A stretch of 34,808 bases of DNA. It comes from a virus (Duplodnaviria; Caudoviricetes). The DNA is taken from IMG/VR virus record IMGVR_UViG_3300017783_000097, positions 1 to 34,808 of that record; one strand, given 5' to 3'. This document shows positions 8,766-20,300 of this stretch, piece after piece. The notes under the pieces are model-generated. The model did not search any database, was not told the DNA's origin, and worked only from the letters and a program-made list of their open reading frames with translations. A program made the position numbers and the translations under genes. Positions within the stretch are counted from its first letter, which is position 1. Every line of letters starts with the position of its first letter.

Positions 8766-11450
8766 TTAGAATAATAACATACAAATAGCTTCTCCACCAC
8801 TATCAATACTACCACCACCAATACTATAAGTATCAAAATCTGTATTTTTAGAAAAACTAAGACCTGTAGTTTTATTTTCGACTACTATATTTGATGATGC
8901 ATCCCACCATACAATAGAAGGTGGAACTCTAGTACTAAGAGCATCATTTTCACCTGCTCCATTTTCTCTATCACCATTTACTGTTACAACAAATGTTGAA
9001 TTTTCTGCAGCGTCTATATATGTTTTTATTGAAATTATCTGACAATCTCCTGTAGTTGCTGGAGTTACTGTAAACCCTGCACTTGAAAAACTTGTTACAT
9101 CAAATGCTGGGATATAAGCTCCATCTGTACCATTAGCTGTTCCAGAAGTTGCTGAAGTGTAATCAAATTCATCTGTTTGAACATTTGAGATTGCTACATA
9201 TAAATAATCATCTGCTCCACCTCTTACTACAATATAATCTCCATTAGCTAAACCATGAGCTGTTGATGTTACTGTTACAGTTGAAGCCGTTCTTTGCCAT
9301 GTTAAACCAGCATTTAAATCTCCAGTGGATAATATTTCTACATTTCCATTAGAATCACTAATAGCAACGTATCTTACTGCTAAGTTTTGTACATTTGAAA
9401 TTCCACCTCCACCACCTGATGTACCACTTGTACCAGAAGTTCCTTGTTCACCTGATGTACCAGATGTACCATTTCCTGATGTTCCACTTGTACCCGCTTC
9501 TCCTGATGTTCCTGATGAACCACTAGTACCAGAAGTACCATCTCCACTTGTACCAGATGTTCCAGATCCAGAAGTACCTGATGAGCCACTTGTACCTGAA
9601 GAACCACTAGTTCCACTTGAACCTGATGTACCACTTGAGCCACTAGTTCCTGCTTCACCACTTGTTCCACTTGTACCAGATGAGCCACTTGTTCCTGATG
9701 TGCCCGACCCTGAAGTTCCTGAAGAACCAGATGTTCCATTTCCACTTGTTCCAGAAGTACCTAATCCTGATGTTCCACTTGTACCCGAAGTACCATTTTC
9801 TCCTGAAGTTCCACTTGTACCTGCTTCACCACTTGTTCCCGAAGTTCCAGATGTACCACTTCCAGAAGTACCACTTGTACCTGATCCTGATGTACCAGAT
9901 GAGCCACTTGTGCCTAAACCACTTGTACCTGAGGTTCCAGATGAGCCGCTTGTTCCAGATGAACCTGATGTTCCTGAAGAACCCGATGTACCTGTTTCTC
10001 CTGATGTTCCACTTGTACCTGATCCACTTGTACCTGAAGTACCTGATCCAGAAGTACCAGATGAGCCACTAGTACCTAATCCTGATGTTCCACTTGTACC
10101 TGAGGTACCATTTTCTCCTGAAGTTCCGCTTGTACCATTTTCTCCTGAAGTTCCACTTGATCCAGATGTACCACTTCCAGAAGTACCACTTGTACCTGAT
10201 CCACTTGTTCCACTTGACCCACTTGTTCCTAATCCTGATGTACCTGAAGTACCGCTTGTGCCTAAACCAGAGGTACCAGAAGTACCAGATGAGCCACTTG
10301 TACCCGCTTCTCCGGAAGTTCCACTTGTACCTGATCCACTTGTTCCAGAAGTACCTGATCCAGAGGTGCCAGATGAGCCACTTGTTCCGCTTGTACCTAA
10401 CCCCGATGTTCCACTTGTACCTGAGGTACCATTTTCTCCAGATGTTCCACTTGTACCATTTTCTCCTGAAGTTCCACTTGAACCACTTGTTCCTGATGTA
10501 CCGCTTCCTGATGTTCCAGACGTTCCTGATGTACCATCACCGCTTGTACCTGAAGTACCACTTGTGCCTAATCCTGATGTTCCACTTGTACCTGAAGTAC
10601 CATTTTCTCCTGAAGTTCCACTTGATCCACTAGTACCTGCTTCTCCAGAAGTACCACTTGAACCACTAGTACCTGGTGCTCCACCGGGACCAGATGTTCC
10701 ACTTGTACCTGAAGTACCGCTTGTGCCTAATCCTGATGTTCCACTTGTACCTGAAGTACCACTTGTGCCCGATCCTGATGTTCCACTTGAGCCTGATGTA
10801 CCATTTTCTCCTGAAGTTCCACTTGTACCATTTTCTCCAGATGTACCGCTTGAACCACTTGTTCCTGCTTCACCTGAAGTACCACTTGAACCACTTGTTC
10901 CACTTGTTCCTGATCCTGAAGTACCGCTTGTGCCACTAGTACCTGGTGCTCCACCGGGACCAGATGTTCCGCTTGTACCTGATGAACCACTTGTGCCAGA
11001 TGTTCCACTATCTCCACTTGTTCCTGACGTTCCAGAAGTACCATTTTCTCCAGATGTACCGCTTGAACCACTTGTACCTGATCCACTTGTTCCTGATGTA
11101 CCAGATCCCGAAGTACCTGATGTTCCACTTGTACCTGGTGCGCCACCTGGACCTGATGTTCCACTTGTACCAGATGTTCCTGGTAAACCTGAAGTACCAC
11201 TTGTACTACCTAATTGTTTAAAAACTTGTCCTGTAGTGTTATTATAAGATAAAATATAGGAGTTACTTTGTTGTGGCAAAACATCAGGTTGTATGAAAAC
11301 TGAACTGGTAGCTTTAAAAGACCCAGATACTGAAATATCATATGCTGCTTGATTAGCTGCGGAAAAGGCATCAACAGATTGGGAAACATGCCATGACTGG
11401 ATTATTTCTCCTTGTTCTATTTGACTTTTATAATTAAATTGTTTTGCCAT
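8766..11450 (-). CDS. Collagen-like (GTS repeat) fibre/appendage protein
   Basis: 894 aa: a short N-terminal anchor, ~600 aa of G-X-Y (GTS/GSS/GEN/GEA), and a C-terminal globular domain with TVTSTAHGLANGDYIVV (HGLxxGD motif common in phage structural proteins). Confidence 0.8.
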   Translation of the reverse strand: MAKQFNYKSQIEQGEIIQSWHVSQSVDAFSAANQAAYDISVSGSFKATSSVFIQPDVLPQQSNSYILSYNNTTGQVFKQLGSTSGTSGLPGTSGTSGTSGPGGAPGTSGTSGTSGSGTSGTSGSGTSGSSGTSGENGTSGTSGTSGDSGTSGTSGSSGTSGTSGPGGAPGTSGTSGTSGSGTSGTSGSSGTSGEAGTSGSSGTSGENGTSGTSGENGTSGSSGTSGSGTSGTSGTSGTSGLGTSGTSGTSGTSGPGGAPGTSGSSGTSGEAGTSGSSGTSGENGTSGTSGTSGLGTSGTSGTSGDGTSGTSGTSGSGTSGTSGSSGTSGENGTSGTSGENGTSGTSGTSGLGTSGTSGSSGTSGSGTSGTSGSGTSGTSGEAGTSGSSGTSGTSGLGTSGTSGTSGLGTSGSSGTSGSGTSGTSGSGTSGSSGTSGENGTSGTSGENGTSGTSGTSGLGTSGSSGTSGSGTSGTSGSGTSGTSGETGTSGSSGTSGSSGTSGSSGTSGTSGLGTSGSSGTSGSGTSGTSGSGTSGTSGTSGEAGTSGTSGENGTSGTSGTSGLGTSGTSGNGTSGSSGTSGSGTSGTSGSSGTSGTSGEAGTSGSSGTSGSSGTSGSSGTSGSSGTSGSGTSGTSGDGTSGTSGSSGTSGEAGTSGTSGNGTSGTSGEQGTSGTSGTSGGGGGISNVQNLAVRYVAISDSNGNVEILSTGDLNAGLTWQRTASTVTVTSTAHGLANGDYIVVRGGADDYLYVAISNVQTDEFDYTSATSGTANGTDGAYIPAFDVTSFSSAGFTVTPATTGDCQIISIKTYIDAAENSTFVVTVNGDRENGAGENDALSTRVPPSIVWWDASSNIVVENKTTGLSFSKNTDFDTYSIGGGSIDSGGEAICMLLF
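9403..11210 (-). repeat. Collagen-like GTS repeat block of the 894-aa protein
   Basis: [12 protein letters not shown] and GPGGAP units, read directly. Confidence 0.95.
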
Positions 11451-11467
11451 TTTACCTTATTATTTAT

Positions 11468-11476
11468 TATAAATAT
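11468..11476 (-). promoter_or_regulatory. Putative late promoter ATATTTATA
   Basis: Same motif found in six intergenic gaps; here 17 nt upstream of the ATG at 11450. Confidence 0.65.
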
Positions 11477-11479
11477 AAA

Positions 11480-12550
11480 CTATCTATCTATATTTACTAG
11501 AATTGTTGTATCAGTTGTAGGAGATGATTGTAATGGTTGAGCTAATTTTCCTATAGCTAATAATTCAAAATCTCCATTATATAACCCTACAGTTGTAATG
11601 TAAGGCTCGAAATAAGAACCTGTTACAAAATCAAATGGTTTACCAATAGAAGCTGTATTTTCCCAATTAATTACACTACCACTAAATTTAGTAGGAATTT
11701 GACTTCCCGTTATTGCACTAGGGTTTAATGTGTAATTAAATTCATTTTCATTTATTGTACATTGATATTGTGTTTCAAATATTTTATATGAACTAGAAAA
11801 TGACATTGTTACTTCATTAGATGTAATAAAAGCATCTATAAATCTTTCAAAGGATAATACTATAGTACCTCCATATTTAGATGTACCATAATCAAAATTA
11901 TTTCCATATACATCAGTGGATGCAAATGATGATACAGTATCATCTGATAAAATTACTATACCATGTGGGTATATAATATTACCATTTATGTATTCATAAG
12001 TTGGAGATGAAACTCCTTTCCAAAGTAATCTACCCTCTCCATCATCTTTTATAGATCCACTTTTTGGATGTTCTATATAAAATGAATTAGGTTGAACATA
12101 ATCACCAAATAATTTTGATGGGATTGAAAGTACTCCTAATGATGCAGTTGGGAGAGTTTTATTAGGCCAAAGAGTAGTTTGTTCATAATTATAAAAATTA
12201 GTTTGTTGAACATTTCCTATAACAGTATTCCCTGCTTCGTTTGCTCCTAAAAATATACTTGATGTTATAGCATTTGATGTAAAGCCTGCACTTCCTGATA
12301 AATAGTTTGTATAATATAATTGTTTAATTGAGTCATAAACTAATACAGAAGAAAGTTGTTCTTCTACTGGTAAGTTAGTACCAGTAAGAATACTGCCAGA
12401 TTGTAAATAGTTTCCATTTAAACCAATAAATCTATTTATCCCAACATTAGGTTCCACCAAAACACTACCCCCAACAAAGTAAAATCCTTTATTTACTTCA
12501 AATGGTGATACTATTAAATCCTGTGCATTGAATTGTTTGTAAGCGCTCAT
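11480..12550 (-). CDS. Baseplate/tail-collar structural protein (paralog of 12556..13641)
   Basis: 356 aa. The C-terminal NEFNYTLNPS...YITTVGLYNGDFELLAIGKLAQPLQ is shared with the neighbouring gene and resembles the GLYD..GxLIAVA part of tail-collar fibre (P2 gpH N-terminal/DUF3751) domains. Confidence 0.6.
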   Translation of the reverse strand: MSAYKQFNAQDLIVSPFEVNKGFYFVGGSVLVEPNVGINRFIGLNGNYLQSGSILTGTNLPVEEQLSSVLVYDSIKQLYYTNYLSGSAGFTSNAITSSIFLGANEAGNTVIGNVQQTNFYNYEQTTLWPNKTLPTASLGVLSIPSKLFGDYVQPNSFYIEHPKSGSIKDDGEGRLLWKGVSSPTYEYINGNIIYPHGIVILSDDTVSSFASTDVYGNNFDYGTSKYGGTIVLSFERFIDAFITSNEVTMSFSSSYKIFETQYQCTINENEFNYTLNPSAITGSQIPTKFSGSVINWENTASIGKPFDFVTGSYFEPYITTVGLYNGDFELLAIGKLAQPLQSSPTTDTTILVNIDR

Positions 12551-12555
12551 TCATT

Positions 12556-13641
12556 TTAGAAATCTAGTTTAACTCTAACAAGAGCTTCTTTTGTAAAATC
12601 TTTTTGTATTGGTCTTGATAATTTAGCTACCGCTAGTAAATCACTATTATCATTATATAAACCTACTGTTGTAGGAAATGTTTGTGGGTTATTAATAAAG
12701 TAAGAATAAATTACTTCACCAGTTGAACCCGATATAAATGATGGATTCTCTGTATAATTGAATTCATTATTTCTAGCTCTAATAAATACATAATCTGATG
12801 ATATTGTTTCTTGAGAATTTAATTCAAAAATATTAGCTCTATTAGCTACAGTTCCAGTTCCTACTGAGGATGATATAGCATTATATAATCTAGTTGGATT
12901 ATTACCAAAAGTATTTTCATCAGAATCAGTAGCTAAGTTAATACCTGTTACATTACTACCTTCACCATTTACATCTAATGCTGACGCATTAAATAATATA
13001 GTAGAAATGTCTGGGCAAAACCATCCATATGATCCAGAATTAAATGAGTAACCATTATCATTAATAGTAGTATTAGCAACACCATTTGATCCACTAATTA
13101 CTTGGTATACCCTTTGAGTACCATAATAATCTGGGAGAGTTATCATACCAGAATTATCTGTTAGATGGAGTTGTCCTAAATCAGTGGTCGATACGTTAGA
13201 ATCAATAGTTAAATTCATTGTGCCGGGTAGTAAAGATTGTTTGTATCTTGCTCTTTCTATACTAATAACATAAAAATCATTATCAGCACTACCTGTAAGT
13301 GTATCACCCCATACAAAAGATGCATTTTCATCTTCTAAAATTAATGTTCTATACTGACCGTATATTGTTGTTGTAGGTGAAACAAAAGGAACAGTTGTAT
13401 CAAAATTTACTCCACCTCCACCATTTCTATTAGCATAAGCAATTTGAAATTGAACAGCTGCTGTGTCACTATCCGAAGCTGTTTGGTAAACACTTAAATA
13501 ATAAGGACCTGAAGATCCTTCTCTTTGGGTTGATGAAGTATGAAATGTACTTAATGAAGGTGCATTATTACTCCATACCGTAGAAGTTACTGAGTCAGAA
13601 CTTACTACAAAATCTTCTGGATCTAATTGTTTGAAAGCCAT
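12556..13641 (-). CDS. Baseplate/tail-collar structural protein (paralog of 11480..12550)
   Basis: 361 aa. C-terminal NEFNYTENPS...FPTTVGLYNDNSDLLAVAKLSRPIQK; N-terminal MAFKQLDPEDFVVS parallels MSAYKQFNAQDLIVS. Confidence 0.6.
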   Translation of the reverse strand: MAFKQLDPEDFVVSSDSVTSTVWSNNAPSLSTFHTSSTQREGSSGPYYLSVYQTASDSDTAAVQFQIAYANRNGGGGVNFDTTVPFVSPTTTIYGQYRTLILEDENASFVWGDTLTGSADNDFYVISIERARYKQSLLPGTMNLTIDSNVSTTDLGQLHLTDNSGMITLPDYYGTQRVYQVISGSNGVANTTINDNGYSFNSGSYGWFCPDISTILFNASALDVNGEGSNVTGINLATDSDENTFGNNPTRLYNAISSSVGTGTVANRANIFELNSQETISSDYVFIRARNNEFNYTENPSFISGSTGEVIYSYFINNPQTFPTTVGLYNDNSDLLAVAKLSRPIQKDFTKEALVRVKLDF

Positions 13642-13645
13642 ATTT

Positions 13646-14317
13646 TTATGATGTTAAAGATTGTCTTGTTATTGTTACTGGAATAGTTAATCTAGCACCA
13701 CTATCTAATCCTGTTACTGTTAATGTTGTTCTTAATTGAGAATTTCCACCAAATAAAGTATTAACAGTTGTAGCTGTAATACTAATTTGAGTTCCAATTA
13801 CTGTTTTTGAAACACTTGTACCAATTGTTTGAGTAGCATTAACATTTGCACTAGTTGCTGCTTCTGATTGGATACCTTGTCCTGTAAATGTACTAAATAC
13901 TCTTACATCTCCAATAGTAGCACTATATCCACTTGTTTCAAAGGTTTGTTCATTACCTAAATAATTTAATGTTTGAGGTGTTATTGCTAACTGTGCACCT
14001 TGTTTCATTGTTATAGCTGCATAACCAAGATCTAATACAGGTAGTTTAGCTGTACCTCTAGGTAATGTAGTTAATTTATATTTCATTATTTGTAGCTCAC
14101 TTGGAAATGCTTCTAATAGAGGCATATTATCAATTGCTTCACCATAATAGGCCGAGCCCGAAGGGTGATTTGGATTATAAAGTGTATAATCAATTTCATC
14201 ATCTCCTAAAGCAAATTGTGTTATTTGAAAAGAACCATCATTACGAGATAATAATTCTCTTCCTTTTGTAGTTAATATAGCATCAACTGTAATTACTGCG
14301 TTGTTTAAATATCCCAT
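13646..14317 (-). CDS. Baseplate/tail-collar structural protein
   Basis: 223 aa. The N-terminal AILTTKGRELL...FQITQFALGDD resembles the start of tail-collar fibre domains (ITTAGAAKL...ITTMAVGDG). Confidence 0.55.
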   Translation of the reverse strand: MGYLNNAVITVDAILTTKGRELLSRNDGSFQITQFALGDDEIDYTLYNPNHPSGSAYYGEAIDNMPLLEAFPSELQIMKYKLTTLPRGTAKLPVLDLGYAAITMKQGAQLAITPQTLNYLGNEQTFETSGYSATIGDVRVFSTFTGQGIQSEAATSANVNATQTIGTSVSKTVIGTQISITATTVNTLFGGNSQLRTTLTVTGLDSGARLTIPVTITRQSLTS

Positions 14318-14330
14318 TATGTTATTTTTA

Positions 14331-14358
14331 TATAAATATTATTATATGTCATAAATAT
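14331..14358 (-). promoter_or_regulatory. Tandem putative late promoters (ATATTTATG at 14358..14350 and ATATTTATA at 14339..14331)
   Basis: Two copies of the conserved motif in the 50-bp gap upstream of the ATG at 14317. Confidence 0.65.
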
Positions 14359-14367
14359 GTGTTCTTA

Positions 14368-17300
14368 TTAAGATTCTATAATTCCTTTAGAAATTAAATC
14401 ATTTACTATTACAGAAGCGCTTTGTATTAAGTATTCTGTAGGGAAGTCAGGATACAATATACCAGGGGTTTCTTGTAATTCCAAACTACTTAATGAGGCT
14501 GTATAATTCCCATCAGCGTCTACTCCATTTAACATAGCACTACTACTTATTGCAAATGAACCATCCGTTCCTGCATTAATAAATGAACCTGTATTTTTTA
14601 TTACTGTAGATATACTTGCACTCGCTAAATTTTCATAAGGGAATGGAGTATCTAAGTAAAGTGAATTAGGATTAACTACTGGTCTTCTTACTAAGAAGAA
14701 ATTTTTATTAATCGATTTAGGTACTGGTCCACTTAATTTAATTTTTAGTCTTGGATTTTTAGTTCCTGTATCTTGTTCTATATTTTCAGCAGGTGCAAAT
14801 ACTTCGTCAATTGTATAAGTATAATTTTCATTATTAGCAAATCTAATTTCATCCCCTTCAAATAATTGTATTGTATTATCAATTCTATCAAATGCTGTAG
14901 TTGCCGGTTCTACACCTGCTGGGAAATAATCCGATTGTCCCGGGAAATATTCTAAATCTCCTTGACGGAAAGTTGTACCATATGCTTCATTTAAATTTGA
15001 AGAAGACATTACTAATATACTTTGATCTAAAATATTTGTATTACCTTTTCCTGCCGAACCTGTATATACCCAAAACGGTGCTTTAGCTGTGTTAGCTTCA
15101 CCCATTAAATAATCATTAGCACCTTGACCTTGCATATTTACTGATGTATAAGCTCCTGCGTATCCAAGTGGGAAAAATAAACCTTGTCTATATCCACCTC
15201 TTGCGTTTTTAAACTCTCCTATAATTCTCCAGTTAATAGCATCTCCACCTTGAATAGTATATTTACCACTATTTGCTGTAATAATCCATTCTAATGCTTG
15301 AACACCAGCACCTCCCTTAGGTCCTCTTTCTCTCATTAATCCAAGATCAAATAATGTTTCATACATTTCCCAATCAACAGTACATCTAATACCACCTGTA
15401 GGTACTGGTACTCTAGTGTATCTCCATCTTTTAAATCTCCATCTTCTAAGGAAACTTCTAAGTGTTTGTTTTCTTCTTACTTTATAATAATTAACAATAT
15501 TAGTCATTTCAAACCACCCATATTCAAGTATACTTCCTATATTAGTTACTCTTCCATCATCAGTATAAACTTTACATTCTATATCTTCTAGATTAAATGG
15601 TTTTTCTTCTTTACCTACCCAATTAGTACCAACAAGTGATCCACTACTGTACATATGTAATTCAAATTTTAATTCATCTCTTACTCTACGTGTTTCACTA
15701 ACAAATGATGTTACAAATGATGTTTGTACTGTTACAATTTGTGAAGATGGTAAATCTTCTCCAGTTGTAATCGTTGGGACTATACCTGTAGTTGGAGCTG
15801 AGGGATACCTATTATTTGCTGGGTATAAGGCTGATATAAATGCATTTTCTGGGTATTGGATATTTAAGGATTGACCCTTAACATTAACATTCCAAGGATT
15901 AAGTACATTTGCATTATTTGTACCTGGCCCACCTATACCTGCATCATTTTGAGCTGATCCAGTTAAAAATTCTGAAGGGTCTAAATAATAATCAACTGAT
16001 TGTACCGGATTGCCAGTATCAATACTAGCTGAACCTTGTGCTGAGAATCTTGCAAATAAAGCATCATTTTCATCCCCATTATCATATTGTGATATATAAC
16101 CAGAACCAGATAATGGTAAAACATTAGCATAATTATTTGCTGAGTTTTGTGAATATAATATAGGTGTCACATACTGCATTATACGTTCTATAGATGCTGG
16201 GGCTCCTAATTCTCTATATTTTCCTTTTCCTGATTTAGCAGCTATTTTACCTAATGTAGTATTTGGAAATACTGCTTGAAAAGTATCTATGCTTAATGGG
16301 TCTAATGTAGGAGGTAAAGCATTACCTTGTTCATCAATTAAATAATTTAAATTAATTCTTGTTAAACCATTAATATTGGGATAAGGATCATCTAAATCAT
16401 TAAAATATCCAAAAAATGCATCTCTTAATTCTATTGTTGGATTTTTACCATATGTTCCTATATCTCCTATATTCCAAACATTTAATTCTTGACTTGTTGA
16501 TTTTGAACCATCATATCTAGGTTTAATAGAACGAGCTATAGTATAATTTGATTCTGGGACTGTTGCTCTTAAAGCACTACCACTAATAATTTGTCTTAAA
16601 TTTACAGGGGCTGCAAGATTTCCTCCGCTAATAGGAGTATAAAAATCTCCGTAGAAGAAATATGAAGCAGTATTTGTAGCCTGTAGATTATAATCTATAT
16701 CCATTAGATATGGATTTGCTCTTTGGTTAACAAAGTTATTTAGTAAAGGTTGACAATCTAATGCCAAGTTGAAAGGTACAACATTATTTCCAAAGAAAGT
16801 AGATATTAATTCGGCTGTTGGATCTGGTACTCTAAAATTTCCAAATTCAACTTCCAATGATCCAAGTGACATTTTTGTAACATCATTAAATGGAGCCCAT
16901 TCATTTGAACTACTAGGAACTATACTCATTGAGTATTCTGTTATAGTTAACCCTATACCAAAACTTTTACTAACTGATAATCCCATTCTAATACTATCTA
17001 ATGAAGTAAAATTACCAAAAGTTGAACCTGTAAAAGATGTTCTACCCGTTTGATCTGATGACGAAAGCATAATTCTATTTTCATTTGCAGCACCACCTGG
17101 GCCAAGAAAATTAACAGTACCCCCAGAATCTAAAGAAGTATTTTGAATGTAAATACTTCCAGTAAGTTCTTCATCTCCAACTATTTGATTAATTGATGAT
17201 GTTATTTTTACAAATGAAGATGTCATACTAGGATTAGTAATAATGGGAGCAACTGGATCATTAAAATATATTTCAGTTTCACCTACATTGCTTGTGCCAA

Positions 17301-20300
17301 AAGAATAGGGATTTTCATAATTACTCATAGAATATTCTACAAAAAACATTTCATCTGGTTGGGTTTGTGTACTACTAGTTGTTGCAGGATCCGAAGCATC
17401 ATATTCTACATTATTTACTGGAATTTCAAAATATCCTTTCATTACACCTCCACCAGTCCCAAAAGGTACTGTTTGTTCGTCCCCTGATGGTATTCGAACT
17501 ATGTATGGTTCTTGTGCACCAGGGCCAAAACTTTGAGATAATGTTACTTTAAATTTTTCAGTATTTCCAATTATTCTTGCGGGGTTTGATTCTGCAGAAG
17601 ATCCTGTTACTTTTAAAAATGCTTGTAAATCAAAATTAGGAAATAAACCAACAGTAGCAAAATTATTAGTGGGATATAAAGTAAAAAGACCACTATCAAC
17701 CCCCGTATTAGCCCCGCCTACATAATAATCAGAAATTGAATCTGTTGTAGTATAGTAATATGAAAAATTTCCATATGGTATTGTTGGTCTACTGCTGCCA
17801 ACTATTACAGTAGCATCTATATATACACTCATATCGTTAACTCGTACATTTGGAATGGCTGTAGTGTTTGGGATAGTTGGTGAATAAGCTATTACTTGCC
17901 AAAAAGAGTCTGCTACCACATTTGGTGAAGTACTTGCTTGAATGTTTGAATTTGTTAAAGGTCCAATTGTTAAATCTCCCTGTGCTGAAGGAAAACCAGC
18001 TGAAATTAAATCTGCTTGTGATATAGTTAATACATTACCTACAACATACCCTGCACCTATAAATTGTACAGCTAAAGATGAAACATTTGTTCCATTTGAT
18101 CCAATATTTACAGTTCCTCCATTTCCTACTTGTTGAGAACCTCCGGTAACTGATGTAAAATATACTCCATTAGCACTACCTGGTCCTATTGTTAAAGTTG
18201 ATGCATTAGATAAAGATAAAAGGGTTGGAGAACCTGCTCCTTGTATTAAAGTGTCTCCATTTGTACCAAAAGGATACAAACCTAAATTGACTGGATTATT
18301 GCTTAAGGACACATTTCCACTTTGGGAATCAGTACCACCTACTTTCCATACTCCTGTATCATTAGGATCTTCAACCCATAATAAATTATCGATATTGGAT
18401 GCATTTTGATTGAAATCTGGAATTTGTACGGGAATATTATCTGATGTTGAACTTGTTAATATTAGACCAACTGGGCCACTATTTTGGTTAGTGTTTGGGT
18501 AATAAACCGCCCCATTCTCTTTGTTGCCTGGAACATATGCCATTGAAAAAGTAACATCTGTTCCAGTAGGAGCATTTACAGAAAATCCAACTGCCACATT
18601 ACAATCAGCAACATCATCTACAGAAAATCCAACACCACTTCCATTAGCAGCTATTTCATTTAAAACAAATTGCCCATTAATAGTATAAGTTCCTACTTCA
18701 TTTACATCTATACCTCCATTTCCACCTAAACCTGATAAATCATACCAAGTTCCAGTTACATTATCAGTACCTACTGTATAAGCAGAAGATGAAATAGGGA
18801 ATGGGACTCCAGCTGAATTACCTTGCATTGTACTCCAAGCTGTAAATTCTAATGTTGGGGTATTCCATTGAAATGAAGATGTCATTATATTAGTCGTAGT
18901 AGCATGACCAGTACCTGCTGTGGTTATAGGATTATCAATAGCACCACCTTGATTAGTATTAGTAAAGTTTCTATAAAAAACGGGATTTAAACCTAATGTA
19001 CTATACCCCTGTGCAGAAGATGGGCGATATACCCCACTTGTTATATTTGGGTTAGTTGCCTCATCTGCTGAACCTGTATAGAAACTAATAGTTTGGTCCT
19101 CTACATTATTATTATTATTAGAAGAAACATGATAAATATTTTCTGTTACTATTGTGCTAGATTGACCTAAATTTGATGCACTATATGCAACTGAACATGA
19201 AAAATATAGGGGTATATTAGGAGTTCTACCTAATGTATAAGAACCAGAAGCATAATTTAAACCAAGATTTGATATAATATTTTGATAATTTATACTAGGT
19301 GAACCAGGGTTAAAGAAACCTAAGGTATCATTACTAGTATTATAATTAGCTGTATTTCCATTTTGGTCTCCCCAAAACCAAAATCTTTGGTTTTGAGTTT
19401 GTTGATCTGTTGCTAAATAACTACCTTGTGATTCGTTATCATTTCCATTATACGATGCAGTAAATGAACCCGATGCTATTAAACTAAAGTTTTCAGAACC
19501 CCCATCTTCGGACCAATTAAAATCTGGGTTTCCATTTGATTGGTTTATGTTTATAATAGTACTTTTAGCACCAACTGTTACACCATCTATATAATATTCT
19601 TTAGTACCTTCTTGAAATATTATTTCTAATTTTTCTGCTCCCACTAAATATTCACCTACTTCGTTATTATTAACATCAAATCTTGCTAATTTTACCCATT
19701 GGACTATAGATTGTCCATTAATTACATTACTTGCTATCCAAGCATCTCCTGGGACTGGGTTATTTCTATTATCTAAAAAAGCATCATTTGATACTGTTCC
19801 TTGAACTAATGAATTAAAAGAAAAGAAAAGTGGGTTATAAACAATAGGAGTATCTGATACATTTAAATAGGGTTCACAACCAGGATTTAAATCTTGATCT
19901 GATACTTGAATTCTTGAACCACTAAATATACCATCATAAAATTCTGATTGGTTATCTTTTATCCATCTTCCAGTTCCTGGGAATTTGCCTTCTCCACCAC
20001 TTGCACTTATATAAAATGAATTACTTTGGTTAAAGTTAAGACTATTAATTACTGAGTAATCTAATGAATCTGCCCAACTTTGTGTTAAGAAAAATCTATT
20101 ATCTGGTCCTAAACCTTTTGATCCAGATGGATATGTTTTTAAACCATTAAATCTTTCAAATGAACCACCTGGTCCACCTGAAAACTTATATATAGCTGAT
20201 CCTTCAGTAGAATATTGTGGGAAATCCGCTGATCCCGAACTATAATCTTTTGGTAAATTAACAACTAAACCTTCATATTCATGTCTTGATGATGTTACTA

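Noticed and set aside
3745-11200. Alternative-frame minus-strand ORFs (VQVVHQEHQ type) suggesting overlapping genes or programmed frameshifts
   Set aside because: They are a by-product of 9-nt periodicity; no slippery site or independent start context was seen.
3854-11210. Repeat arrays as CRISPR or non-coding satellites
   Set aside because: There is no constant repeat with unique spacers; variation is at synonymous positions within intact reading frames.
4419-11247. Long plus-strand ORFs rich in VPLVPDEP (356, 612, 640 aa) and MFHLYL-type ORFs
   Set aside because: They are antisense shadows of the GTS repeats, whose codons yield no stops on the other strand; they begin and end with the repeat blocks.
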